Positions 1 through 13,641 of a stretch of DNA of 64,000 nucleotides are shown here, piece by piece; positions within the stretch are counted from its first letter, which is position 1; each line of letters opens with the position of its first letter. The notes beneath the pieces were generated by a model. That model had not been told where the DNA came from. It made no database searches and saw only the letters and a program-made list of their open reading frames with translations. The position numbers and the translations under genes are program-made. Source of the stretch: Catajapyx aquilonaris (Eukaryota); the NCBI GenBank assembly GCA_000934665.2, contig KZ538420.1, positions 1 to 64,000 on the forward strand, written 5' to 3'.

Positions 1-651
1 TAGGCTTTTGCACACGCGTACTAGGGTTGCATAGGAAAGTTCTACTATTATTCCTTGATTGTAGGGTCTCTAAACAGCCCATTACGCTACACTTTTTTAA
101 AAAAAAGTCCATACACTGTTCCCCAAAAATTGACGAAAAAGTACCAAAAAACGGAATTTTTTCCATAAAAAGGACCCTGGAAAACCACAGGTTCTATAAA
201 AGATTGACTTTAAACGCCATAGTGGCTTCAGACTAGACCCAGGTAACACCTACTGCCAGCAAAAACAAAATCCGAAACTTACAGTGGTTGCCAGACCTGG
301 AAATAGGCCAAAAAACGTCAATATTTTGAATTTTTCACATTTTTGGTCACCCTGACCCACTGCACATTTTGGGAGAGAAATCCTGGGCGTTTCCCAGCTA
401 CTTTGGGTCCTACTAACATGATGTGCATAGTGATTTCCGAGTAACACGCCGAAAGTTTTTTTTTGTTGCGCTGTGTTATCTGCCGATCCTGCAGCATTCT
501 AGAGAGTTTAAATTGCTTTTGATTTTGTGCTGGTGAGGTTCATTTCAAAATATTGCAGAGGGAATCAATCCACTTGTTATTAGAGCCTGGTTGAGTTTTT
601 AAGTAACAATCTGTACCACCCTACAGAGTTAGATGTTATTGGTGTGTGATA

Positions 652-1359
652 CAGGGTGATTGGAAAAGAATGTGCGGATTTAAAAATCCTATAACTCGAA
701 AACGTGTAGACATATCTAAACGATTTAAGTTTTAAAGCGCTAAGAAATGTCTAAAGTTTTGGTCTACCACAGTTTGTTTCGATGTGAGTTCCATTTGTAG
801 CTCGGAAAATGTAAATACTAAAATAATCGGTGTCGTGCCTAACCCGCTCAGACATGTCTGGCATTACCATTGCAATCTTATCCTGTAGGTGATGGAGATA
901 TATATTTTCACCATACGTGTATTTCCACAAAAAAAATCCATCGGGGTAAGATCTGGGTTTCTGGGGGGGATTAGGCATGGAGAAACTTCTCATTCAAGAC
1001 TTCGCACACTGGGAGGCTGAACAAATGAAACTTTTGTACGTCAGGTTAGTTTCATGGATGAGGCGACTTTTTTCTTTGCATCATCAAGAACAACGTTTGT
1101 GTCTCAAGATCCGAGATATCCAGCACCTACGGATTAGATCGCAGGGGTAACTCCAAATATGATTGAGGATGGTTTGGGACGAGACTGAATACTGTCTTTT
1201 TTAATCTGCCAAGAGACAAACTAAGCTCATGCTGAAAAAAACTAGGGTGAGGTCAAAACTCTAGACATTAGTTTTTCAAAACGTAAATCATTTAGATATG
1301 TCTCCAAGTGTTCGAGTTATAGGGTTTTTAAATCCGTGCATTCTGTTTGGATCACCCTG
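652..1359. mobile_element. Palindromic non-autonomous Tc1/mariner element made of two degenerate transposase 3' ends
   Basis: TA flanks at 650-651 and 1360-1361. Termini are CAGGGTGAT...ATCACCCTG and the arms are long and imperfect. The left arm (minus strand) reads PPRNPDLTPMDFF(fs)W...NGTHIE. The right arm (plus strand) reads DFF..IKNNV..TN.AHAE. Both resemble the SPDLxPxDFFLW C-terminal region of Tc1/mariner transposases. Confidence 0.85.
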
Positions 1360-4300
1360 TATTGAATCTACTGATTCCAAGCTCTAGAAGTTGCCATGTT
1401 ATTACATCATTGGTGTTGGCAAGGCCTTTCCTCCCCATTTCATCATCCATGTGATCATTTTCATATGCCAGACAATGACTTCTGGGACATTATCTGCCCC
1501 TGCTATGTGAACTGCAATTACGTGACAATTCTAAAGCCCAGGCAAGTTTTCATGGCAAATCCAGGTTTTACTTTCAAATCATGTGCCTTATATGCCACAA
1601 AAAATTCGACAAATAGATTCAACTTTTGGTATTGCAGTAAAATTTCACATATCCTGTACCTATAATTCTCAGCATCCTTTTTTTGCTGCCAAATTTTCAT
1701 TAACTTGAAAAAAAAATAAAAATTGACATGTCACACTTGTGTTTAGGAGGGAATTCCCATTGCGTAAACCAGAAATATCAATGTCCATGGATATGAAATG
1801 GTCCTAATTGGAAAGGACTTTGTGAATGCAAAATAACTGAAAGTAGTAAGCATATCTTGCTGAATAATGTCCAGTACTTCCAATTACTCAGTACAATGAG
1901 CTGTTATTGAAGTTTAAATGCCCTCTCCACTTCCAGCTAGAATAGATCATTTACTAGGGTTGGTGGTGTTGTGGTTTTTAGGAAACTGGAGCAAATGTAA
2001 TTATCAAACACTATATCTGTATGGCAGAACCTTTGCCAAAGATGAGAAGAATAGGCAAAACAATTGATTCAGCATCACATGCTCTTCAGCAAAATATTGT
2101 AATAGTCAAAATCATGACATTAGAAGTATACTATTATAATCTTTCTGACTAGTGAATGAAAAGCTCAGAGTTCATTCATAAATTTATTCAATGAGTGTGT
2201 TATTTTATACACTATAATACATGGATGAAAATGATGTGAAAGTTAAGGACTTAAGCTCACTGTCAGTGAAGAAGTAGGAAATGCATCATGTATATTAGCT
2301 TGGACTGCAAAGGACGTCATTGGACTGTTGAAGAATATTTAATATGAGGAAGTCTTGCAAAGCTCACGAGATACTGGAAACTCTTGGTAGCCCAACTAGT
2401 GTCTCTTTAAGATATCATAGCAAAGCTGAAAGTTCACAAAGGTGGTGCCCGTTAGATTGAAAAACTGGGAATTTTAAGCTGCAATCTATTTTGTTAGGTT
2501 CTTTTAAGATCAGGACTTCAGGAACACCATGCTTGTTAACATATGTTAAAGTCATGAGGAATTGACATGTCACTGCTCTCCAACAGGAAAAAGAAATTGT
2601 TGCAACAGGGGCCCAACACGGCTGGCATATCTGTCTGTCATGGAAGGCCATAACTGAATGATTTGCAGAGTTTTTAAACAGTTACTAGATCATAATGTAT
2701 TTGTGCCAAGATGGTATCTCCCAGTATGAAATATCAAAGTGACTGTTGCAGAGTAGAAAATTTCAGATATTTCATGATCTCGAGCAGAAATTACTCCCTA
2801 TATGTAATGGTCAATGTGTCTGTGACTACCTGATGAATGAAATCAGTACCAAGCCACATGTTACATTATTTTTGTATAGCATATGTTTCATGAGAGGGAT
2901 ACCAGAGATTGGCACTTATGGATACCTAGTAATTGCTACGTGACTATTATTGATGACAACAGAGAGCATTTGAATGGCTCTTCTGGTCATTGTGCCCCTT
3001 CACGAGGGAGGCATTTTGGCCACTGGAATGGTGGAAAGTGATTCTTAGGCTGGTCATTGAAAATCAGTCACAAATAGAGGTGTCACAAAATGGGGTAAAA
3101 TCATGTCCTCCGCTAGATGTTGTTCCTTGAGCTGCTTTGACTATATGTTTTGTCCCACACTCATCCTCCTATCTTTTTAAGATCACCTGAACACAGGGTG
3201 GTCTAAGTGGTGGGTTATGAAGCTACCCATTTGGATGTCAAATGCAATTTTGTCAGAATTGTAAATGCTTGGTGCCATAATTGGTGGACCACATCCTCTT
3301 GACCCCATCTGATTAATGATTTTCTTAAATTTTTGGCTTACCCTGCCACTACAGGCCATCCTGCAAATTCCCCCAGCATAGCATGTTGAGGCTTGTGATC
3401 CAGAAAGGATGCTCAATGTGCATTGCTTATTCGTGAGGCTTATTCTATGTTCGCATGACTAATTTATTTTTTTCATGATTGCAACCAGGAGTGACTTCCT
3501 TTTCTCTGTCTGAATCACAGCATTCTAGGAATGTAGCCTGGGGAAGTTACTTTTATGTGTGGAGAAGAGTGAACCCCTGTGTATGACCCCAAATCCTTGG
3601 TGTGCCTAAGAAGAAAACATACTCTGGATGATGTTCGTGTTTACGAAGTTGTCAACGTTCTGACAGGCACTGCATTTAACCTGCCTGTGTTGTCACAACA
3701 TTTCAGTACCATTAGGCAACATGTGTCAGGAACAATGTGCTACCAATTAATCACTAACATTTTAGTTGAGACCAGATGATGATGATGATTATGGATTGGA
3801 GGGAGGCAATCATGCATGTTCTTTATCATTGAAAGTGACATACACATAATGTTTTTGGCACGGACGATGTGATTTTTAGTGCGGTTGACAGCACCCTACT
3901 TTTCACACTGCATTTCAAGTTATTATATCATAAAAGTGAATATATATTTACAATTGGTACTAGATCAGTTGATTCAGGGAAATGCCACTGCAGCTGACAT
4001 GTTGACAGTGACAATTGTGAAACAAGAATCAGTGTCTTAACAAGTTTCTTGGGGAGAAGTGTTTCTATTGAGGTACAAGCTGTCTCTCCTTGTCATGAAT
4101 ATCTGGCTTGTACTGTTCTTGTCCGTCCATATTGATTCTATGTAGAAAATATCAGGAACTTGTTGGTAACACAGCCAGGCACCTTTCAACAGAAGAGTGA
4201 ATACATTAACATCTGGCCAAGTTATTTCATACAATGTTAATCTGACACAGCCTCCTTCAGAATGTTGACCCCTATGTACATAAAACTCCAGTGTATTTGA

Positions 4301-4982
4301 AACCATTATTTGTTGAGCATAATATATATATATATATAGATCTAATGCATGTTTTCTTATTAAGTGTAATATTGAATTTTTTGTATTGCACTGTGTTGGA
4401 ACTCGCGTAATTTGCATGCATTGTGGAAGTGACCAGTAATGTCTTACTGATGACCAGATGAAACTGCTGAAGTGAACTTTTTGACATGATCTGGTTGTGA
4501 CAAAAAGTAGTCTTATTTTTAGTGACATATTTTGGCATCAGGTTTCTTAGAGTAGTTAAGAGGATTTTGTTTAGGTTAGAGGAGAACCTAGATGCACGTA
4601 CAGTATGACCTTTGGCATGGTCAAGTGCGTGAAGAGAGAGGGACTCGCTGATGAACTGAAGTATTTTGCCTACCTAAGAGGCTGTTACAAGTATTACTTT
4701 GTGTGTGCTGTTGTTGAAGAAAGTTTTTTTTAGCAATATTACAAATAATTGCAAGCACAAGACATACTTTTCCCCCCAAATGATGAGATGAATAATTACA
4801 CTAACCTACTTATCATTTTAAAAATGCAATGAATTTTCCCAAACATGGTACATTTAATTAAGATGTGCTTCATGCACCATGGCTGCAGCAGTTTGCTAGG
4901 TTCCAGTTCTTTATGATTAATCATAACTTCAGATTGGAAATACTGATGTTTCACTTTCCTGTCACACAACAAAACTTATTAA

Positions 4983-5766
4983 CTCCTTAGCAACCAGTTA
5001 GGCCCAAACCACGTAGAACTTGACTTACGCCTACTCCAAAGATACGGACAAGATATTTTACCTAACAGCCATACTTACCAGATTTGGGAAAACACTATGA
5101 ATGTGTCTGGAACAATTTTACTCGTCTAGAAGTCCCTAAATTAATTACCAAAAAAGGGCTATAAAAACTTTAACTTGGAGTACTGCTGACCAACTGTTAG
5201 GCTGATTTAATTATGAAATGCGTGAAAATATGCTGAGTAACAACCTTGAGAACCATGCCAGAAGAATTTGCTGAAATCGTCGTCCTTTGCGAGAAATAAA
5301 TTAATTCTTATTTGCGACTTTCGAGCATTTCGGAAAACTCCCAAATTTATTTGCATCTCATGAAGTACAACGATTTCAGCAAATTCATCTCATACTCATT
5401 TGGGAGTTTTCCTAAGTGCCAGAAAGCCTCAAATTAGTATTAATGTATTTCTCGCAAAGTACAACGATTTCAGCAAATTCGTCTGGTGTGGTTCTCAAGG
5501 CTACTATTCTGCATATTTTCACGCATTTCGTGATTAAATCAGCCTAACGGTTGGTCGGCAGTACTCAAAGTTAAAGTTTTTATAGCCCTTTTTTGGTAAT
5601 CAATTTAGGGACTTCTAGACGAGTAAAATTGTTCCAGACACGTTCATAGTGTTTTCCCAGGTCTGGTAAGTACAGCTGTTATTATTGGTCAAATATCTTG
5701 TCCGTATCTTCGGAGTAGGCGTAAGCCGAAATCTACGTGGTTAGGGCCTATCTGGTAGCGAAGGGG
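4983..5766. mobile_element. Fold-back palindromic MITE, piggyBac-like ends
   Basis: TTAA at 4979-4982 and TTCA at 5767-5770. Termini are CTCCTTAGCAACCAG / CTGGTAGCGAAGGGG. Arms of ~360 bp pair around a loop at ~5347-5397. Confidence 0.85.
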
Positions 5767-5785
5767 TTCATGCGACTGTATAATT

Positions 5786-6034
5786 GAAGGGGTCGGTGCA
5801 ATACCGCCCTAACCCACCAAATGACACAAATTGAGTTAAGCACACTTCCATGTACTACACTCATGTATCTAATAAAATCCATTGAAATTGTGCAGTTTCT
5901 GCCATCGGTCACTGAGAAATCAAATGAAATAAGTCACATGGTATATGGGATGTATATGGCCTCTCAAACTTTCAACTGCAGTTTTCTCAAAATCAGGTTT
6001 GGGAGGGTTAGGGCAGTATTGCACCGACCCCTTC
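5786..6034. mobile_element. 249-bp MITE with AATT TSD (Sola-like)
   Basis: 30-bp TIR GAAGGGGTCGGTGCAATACCGCCCTAACCC with 1 mismatch; AATT on both sides. Confidence 0.8.
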
Positions 6035-6449
6035 AATTATGTAGTCGTGACAACTCGTAAGTGGGTGTGAACATCTGTGTAAAACCAATCTTACAACATT
6101 ATTTTGAATTCTGTAATTATGTAGTGACTGCATGCATAATAGGTTCATGTGTGCCTAGTTTGGTGCCAGTGTACTTATTCGTAATTGCACAGTGCCATTG
6201 ACAATGTACCTAATGTGATAGGTCACACTTTACCTGCTGCATGAGTAATGTGACACTGACTGCATATACATGGAACTAAAAGTCAGCCTACACCCTACAG
6301 TAGGATGATATCTAAGGAAGGCTGTTTTGTCCTTTGTATTCAAAGTGCCTACATAGTGCAGGCCCTACAGTAAACTAGTCATAATGATTGGTTCAGCTAA
6401 GGCAAATCAATCTGATTGGAGGCCTTGCTGATGGAACATGCACTGTGCA

Positions 6450-6826
6450 GCAGGGATGGTAGGAAGGAGGCTGTGGATGGGTCAGGGAGTGTACGGAACA
6501 GGATGGGGAGAAATATGGCATCATTCTATAAGCTCGGGAAATGGCTGACAAGGCAGTTGACATGCCACTGCATTATGACCATAGTAGAGTGTCCAGATCA
6601 TGGTGCACCTCATCGCACAGGACAAGGTGTGGAGGCTGCACAGGTCATGCAATATGAGGTAATGTTTGAGCTGCTCAAACTTTACCTCATATTGTATTGC
6701 ATGCCCTGTGCAGCCTCCACACCATATCCTGTCCATCTTCCCAGGATGGCCAAGGACTCTGCTTGGTGGCGCTATAGGGCTCAATCCCATGTATAATGTG
6801 GCTGAAGCTCCCTTCCTATATCCTGC
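6450..6826. repeat. Degenerate fold-back palindrome, probably an old MITE
   Basis: Core hairpin 6617-6732 centred on TTTGAGCTGCTCAAA. Outer arms GCAGGGATGGTAGGAAGGAG / CTCCCTTCCTATATCCTGC. Confidence 0.7.
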
Positions 6827-8579
6827 CTATGGCAGACAATTCTAGTCCCGTGTACATGCAGTCATATGTTACCTAACTGAGAAACAATTAGAAACTGAAG
6901 TAATTCAACTCTGTGGTTAAATTTGTGAAATTTATCAAAGGGAGTAGTGCAATTTTAATATATTTGGGGATTCAAAAGTTGCTTGACTTAGTATAAATGG
7001 GGAAACTCATATTCTTATTTGTACATTTATAAGTGTGAATGTTGAGGGAGGCCCAAGGGATAAGGTTCCAAAGCCAGTACTTCCCTGATTAACAATTTTC
7101 GAAATTGCCAGATTGGAAACATGTGCTAGTCATGTAACAAACTCTTTAAAAAATAAGATATTTTATAAAGGCTGTACCACTACCTGCAAAACAATGTAGA
7201 AAGACTGGTACATTCGCAACAGGGTTGTATGGAAATATCTGTACCAATTAAACAAGACAGTGATGATGTAATGTAGATTGGAATTACGAAAGTGGAGGAA
7301 ATGCACCCAAGTGGCACAATTATAGTAAAGTTTTGATTGCTTCACACATTATCTGACAAGTATGCTTCAAGATGAAAATGTGTAGTACACACCATTACAT
7401 CAAATCACAATTATGATGAACAATAGGCATTTAAAAACAGCTAGAGCTACAATCAAGGACCATTCTGCTGCTATGGTGAACACACCCTTGATCATTGTCA
7501 AAAGTGATTTCGATATGATTCTTTTAGATTCATGCCAGTCAGGAGCTCATTTTGTTATTGTCGAAAAGAACTAGTGTGAGCAACAATTTTGCTCCAATAT
7601 GATAAGCTGAACTTAGTGAATGGAGTACCAGAATTGTAATTAGAAATTGAATATTAATGCTCTGTAAGAGGCAAACATCGAATCCTGGGAAAAGTACACG
7701 AATTTTACGCTTACAGTAGTTGTTTCTGACAGGGATCATGTGTAGCACTCTTTTAGTTTCTTGTAGGTGGTACTGTGATAACTTCATATGGAACAGAGGG
7801 AAAGTGAAACACAGATAATATATTGTACCAGCATTGCCTAGGTAGTATCAGTTTATATTTATAATACATAATATGTCATGGTAGATGATAAAAATATATA
7901 CATATAATTCTACGCTTGGGTGTCACTTGTCGAAAACGTGAAGCCACCCTTGCCTGCATAATCATGTAGACTATGAGGCAAAGTCTTGCCTTTTGATTTT
8001 CGTATTGCTTTTTTAAAAACACCGAAATTGTTACTAATTTATTATAGATAGTTTTCATAGGTACTTGCTAATTCTTGTGCACACACACAAGGCATGAATA
8101 CTATGAAAGTATAATGTGAATAATGAGCTCATGCTGTCTTGGCAGAATACTTATTCTTATATTTTATGAAGTTTTGAGATTTTTGAGATGGTTAGTGTAG
8201 CCAAGTTGCTAATGTTCTTTGGACAATCAAGTGGTCTCATTTCTTTATATTTATAAAAGCTATTTTGAAATACCAATTTGTAGACTTTGTAAGCGAGTTC
8301 CAATTTATCAGTGCATCTTATTTGCCATGATTCCATAGTTCTTTCAAGATATGAATGTCTTACTATTGAAATGTAATGCGTATAGTTTTCATGTTCGTGT
8401 AAGTTTGAAGGGATGTCGAATCTGATTTCATAACATAATAAAATTCACTACATACCAATTTATTTCTTTATTTGTTTTTCTGGGGTGGCTGTGGGAAAAT
8501 ATTCCAGAAGTTAAGCGTTCTATATAAGAATATTGTGTAAATAGTAGTTAACCATATTCTCCGGGTTGATGGTATGGGA

Positions 8580-8770
8580 CAGTGGTTCCCAACCTGGGGG
8601 TCGAACCCTTTTCCAGGGGGTTGCGTGTGGCCGCGGTAATATTAATTTAAAAAATAATTACTAAAATGAAAAAAACAAAAAACAAATTTGTTATAGGAAA
8701 TTTCATCGCGGAGGTTTTTTTTTCCTTCAACAACTAACACTCGGGGTGATGGTGGGGGGAGGGGGGGGTT
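8580..8770. mobile_element. hAT-like MITE, left part (runs into an assembly gap)
   Basis: Begins CAGTGGTTCCCAACCTGGGGGTCG, like the copies at 17377 and 21755. The right end is not seen because of the N gap at 8771-8834. Confidence 0.6.
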
Positions 8771-11700
8771 NNNNNNNNNNNNNNNNNNNNNNNNNNNNNN
8801 NNNNNNNNNNNNNNNNNNNNNNNNNNNNNNNNNNGGGGCATCATCATAATTACCGACCTTAAAGGAGGTAAATTGTCTGAGAGCTTCCCTTTTAACCCAA
8901 CTGTCCACACTGATGAATTTGAAGCTGTTTTGAATGTGTTGAAATAATAGGCATAATATCAAGGGTATTGCTGGATGGCATATACTTGGAACCATCTACT
9001 ATTGATTGCCCTTCACTTATGCAAGAAACTTAAAATTTGACAACAGGCCTGTTTTAGATACATTGATTATGATACCAGTTGATCCAATCACTTATTAGGA
9101 GACCACAGCTGTCAAAACGTAATGTTTCTAAATATCGATAATGCAATGACTGCCTCAAGCAGAAACTGGATGACTGAAGGCAAAGAGAGGAGTGGGGATG
9201 AGTTAGGATTATAGGTGGGGAATGGGGGAGTTGGAACAGCTTTTTTTATCAGATGTGTCAAGTAATTTATAATACTGTACTTATTGCTTATTAAATACCC
9301 ATACATTTTCGATGCCAAAAGCCAATTGCATCAGGTTCCGGTAAATTTAAGATTTTTTTTTGTCACACCAAGGATATTTCCCAATATTGTGGAGCACCTA
9401 AGCGAAAGTACACACTACATTAAACCTAAGATTGAATTAAATCAATCACATCCATCATGGAAATGGAATAAAATCATTTGAGTCATCATTGAGAGACAGG
9501 GTACATGTTCATTTAAAAGAAAATGTAGCAGGACTAAAGGTATTTTCACAGCCAGAGGTAGTTTACTCTGTGGATAGTACCTCATTTGATGCATTCTGAA
9601 ATGATAATTTTACAGCAATGACAGATATTTCTCATTTTATGGAAAGTAACGATTTTGTGCATATAGATAGTATAGTGTCCTTTCACTCAAGTGCTTCACA
9701 AGTTTTCTTCACAAGTATTACTATTTTGCATGTTATGGGGTCCTCTGTATCTGTGTAACTTTGTCATATTTGGATTGTATAATAGAATTTCCTCTGCATT
9801 CTGTGTGTGTATTGATTATCAAGAAATACAGTGTACGAGAGTCTTGATAATCCAACCCAAATGGAACCGAGGCATGACCTTATTACTGAACGTTTTGGTT
9901 ATACAGAAAGAGGTAACAGAGAGCTGGGGGGCAATCAACAGCCCCTTAAATCATGATGCAGTGTAATGGCTGCTTAAACTCGGTTGTAGGGGCCTTATAG
10001 CAGCAGCCTTTTAACCTGTGCTAATTAAAAACCCAATAGCAGAGTACCCTATCTGTCTGAAGACATTTCCACATATTTCCTCGCTACAAATCTTAATTTT
10101 GTGCATACTCTAAGTTAGGGCTATTCAATTGGTGGACCGCGGTCCGGATCCAGACTGCGACGCAATTTTGTCCGGACTGCAACGATATACAGGACAGTTT
10201 GAAATAGCATTATAAATTACTAATTCGTGATTTTTTGAAAAAAGTGCTACCAATTTCATCAATCTCCCACGTTCACATAAGCTCGTGTGACCTTGAACCC
10301 CAACAAAAATTTCGTCTGCGCTGGGCTTGCTCCCCGCCCTTTATGGCTTGTTCACCTAGTGCTTATGAAATCTGGCCCCCTCTGAAATTTTTTCTGCCTG
10401 GGCGCCTGTACAGGACATCATAAAGGGTGAAGATGTCTTAATTATGTCCTGTCTTGATAGGCCCTTCTACCCTTGCTGCACATGTTTCTATTTTCAAAAA
10501 TGAACCTTGTGGAACAGGATAAAATCCATATCTTGCCTTGGGGGGGGGGGGTGAGGGGGGATGTCTGGACCTTCAATTTCCCAGGAAATGTAAATACTGC
10601 ACCTTCTGATGAACTTGTTGCATAGCCCTGCTCGAAGTATTAAATTGTTAATTAGTCTACAGGGAAACTAACACTGGCGGACAGAACTATTGACAAAATA
10701 TATTTTAATAAATGAAATGCCCTCTAACTGAACAATTAATTTTAAGTGCCTCATTTAGAATATGGGATACCTAAGTGCAGAGAAGTTGGTTGCAACAGAA
10801 GTAGTGGTAGTGGGAGGATTGTGAAACAATGCGCCATCAGTTTTACATTATCTGGCTATGTTGGCACAAAAAGGTATTTCGGATTACAAAAGGGTGGATT
10901 ATTGACACTTGACTGTAAGTCTGACATTAAACTCGTTGTTGAATAGTTGTTGTAAGCGAGTTGATGTGTGTGAATTATACTTGTGGCCTGATTTGCCTGA
11001 ACTTTTACTGCCAGAGATTTTACTTCGAATGCATGTGTGTGTGTGCTTGTTACATTTGGACAAAATATAAGCTATATTCTCTACTAGGAAGGAGTTAATG
11101 ACATTGGCAAATTGTGGTTATGTTGATGCCAATAAAATTTCATCTCTGTACGTTGCTGGCAAATGGTTGCTTTGTCGAATGGGACATGAATCAGCAGAAA
11201 TAATGTGTCGGTATAATTGTGGACTCACATGATAACATACAGTAACACAAACTGCCAACAGTCTTTGGCTCATTCCAAAGTTGTGATTGCCTAACAACAC
11301 TCCATTTGCTAAAAAATGAGGAGGGACAAATTGTTGAACCGTTATCTTGCTCTTTCTAAACTCAGAAGTCAGTAGCATTAATCATGGTTCTCAGGGAGGA
11401 TAAAAAGGGAAATATGTTTCTTCAGAGACCTAAATTTTCAAATACTACGGTATGTTTTTGGGGAATAAGAGTGACATGAAGTCTGACACCATCCTAGATC
11501 AGACAAACAATGTTAAATCATGTCATGGGAAAAGCATGTGTTTTATTTCCCCCCCTCAAGGCTGTTTATAAAATTTGTAAGGTCCATGTACAGTGTGTTC
11601 CAGCTGAAACTATTGTAGTGGTTAGTGATTTTTTTGTCACTGACTTTTGAACTAACTTTTGAATACCTACTTTTACTCATTCAAGATATTAGGCCAAATT

Positions 11701-12241
11701 GAATAGTCAACGATTTTAATTGCAATGCACCACCATCCCACTAATTGGTTTTATAATTTGAATTTTTGGGATGGATTTGAGGGACAGGGACATCCCACAA
11801 AGGCATATGATGCCATTTCTTCTGGGGAAATCAAGATACAGTTCTGAGGTCAGAGTCTAGTAACCCTGTTCTTGTTTTTCATTACGTATATGCATCCAAC
11901 TCATCCCTGGGTTCAACCCTGATTTGCTCTCAATCCAGAGTTACTAAACTCTGTGATTTCAGCAGTCATTATGTATACATGTCTCAGAAGGATTTCCATC
12001 CCGAAGTAGTTACATGAATACTGTGGATGCTCAAAATGTAATTTCTGAGTGCCTGAGGTCAGTAGTGAAATTGGCAGCTGGCAACAAAATGGTCCCAGCC
12101 ACAACCTATGAAATCATGCACCAGTGCCAAAAAGTAGTGGGGTTATGTAATGTTCCCTTGGAAAAAAATCCTGTAAAATTATAATTTTGATGAGTTGTGT
12201 TTAGGGGAAATATTAACAAAATCCTGCATTTTTTATGTATA

Positions 12242-12980
12242 CAGGGTGGCTGAAAAGTTCCACATAAATGGGGAAGTCTGCAGTTTGCTTTGTAATTATG
12301 TTTTGTCTTTATGCAGGTGAACCCTGTTGACCACTGACGAGCGTGTGGAACTCACTCTTCTCTGTGAATGGGAAGGCTACACCCAGAGATGTTGCAGTGA
12401 AATTTAATTGAATGCACCTGGAGAAAGAGCCCATAGAGCAAAGCAATTGGGAGCAGATTGAGCCAAAAATTCTGGACCACAGGGTGTGTAGCAGATGTAC
12501 CCTGATCAGGACGGCCCAACACATCAGCCAAGGTGGAGGAAACGGTCCTGGCAAGGGTGTGTGTGAGCCTGAAGACTATGAGGGTGAAATTTGTGCTTCT
12601 TTACGATGCGCTTAATGGTTGTCCACAGAAGGCCCTGTTCCAAGCTTGTTCAGCGTATGGATTTCTTTGAGCTCATGCACATTTTCCCAGGATCATTTCC
12701 TCCACCTCGGCTGATGTGCTGGGCATATCTGCTACACTCCCTGTGGTCCGGAATTTTTGGAGTGAGCTGCTCCAAGTGTTATGTGCTGTGGGCTCTTTCT
12801 CTGGTTACCTTAGATTAAATTCTGCTGCAATGTCTGTGGGTGTAGCCTTTGCGTCCACAGAGGAGAGTGAGTTCCACATGCTCGTCAGTTGCCAACATGG
12901 TTCACCTTTTGAAAGACAAAACACCATTACAAAGCAAATCACAGACTCCCTCATTAATGCAGGACTTTTCAGCCACCCTG
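12242..12980. mobile_element. Palindromic non-autonomous Tc1/mariner element made of two degenerate transposase 5' ends
   Basis: TA flanks at 12240-12241 and 12981-12982. Termini are CAGGGTGGCTGAAAAGT...ACTTTTCAGCCACCCTG. Each arm reads inward as a transposase N-terminus: MLATDEHVELTLLC...KFRTTGSVAD on the right arm, ...SGRP on the left arm. Confidence 0.85.
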
Positions 12981-13641
12981 TATTCCGAAACCTGTGAAGT
13001 AGTGTAGATCTTGCAACTCACAATAAGTGAATAAAATTGCCATCACAGTAGAGTCTCAATTATCCTGACATCCTACTGATATTTACTGAGTTGTGGTGTG
13101 CATGTCTGGATGCTGCTTATTACTCCCATCACTGCCTTAGGTAATTTACCTGTGAGTGATTCATGAGTAATAAGCTTGATTGTACACTGCCCTTCCAATT
13201 CCCATAACGTTAGATTGTTTTCACTCCTGCTCCCTCTTCTTCCCTATTATCAGGACTTTGGATTACCTTAATGCCTTTCAATCCTTCTTAGTCCAAATAA
13301 TTGAGACTGTGCTGCATTATATATCAAAATTCAAGCAAGTGTGTGCCATATTTTTCATTTATGATACCCTCTGCCTCAGAACTTGAATCTGAAACAGTCG
13401 TCTCTAGTAGATACAAAACATTATAATTATTATAATAATTAGGCAAATTCACTCTGGGTTTGATAGAAAATGTATGACTTTGAAGCAGCCTGATCAGGAT
13501 GGAACAATGTGGTTTATTCCCTGCCATATATGTTTTTCTTGCTGGGTGTTTGCGTGTCTTTGCAGCTCAGTAGCTGATAACAATCTTAGTGTTTAACATG
13601 TGCACATACAAATGCTGTCTTACTGAACACGCTGTAATTAA

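Noticed and set aside
1400..3550. Possible decayed LINE or transposase fragments
   Set aside because: Too degenerate to assign any motif by eye; it needs TBLASTX against a repeat protein library.
4037..4538. 163-aa and 88-aa ORFs
   Set aside because: No recognisable domain or splice structure, and they cross an (AT)n run. At most they are decayed TE sequence.
6416..6796. Paired ORFs on opposite strands (also at 12309-12997 and 24775-25120)
   Set aside because: They are by-products of palindromic repeats, not genes.
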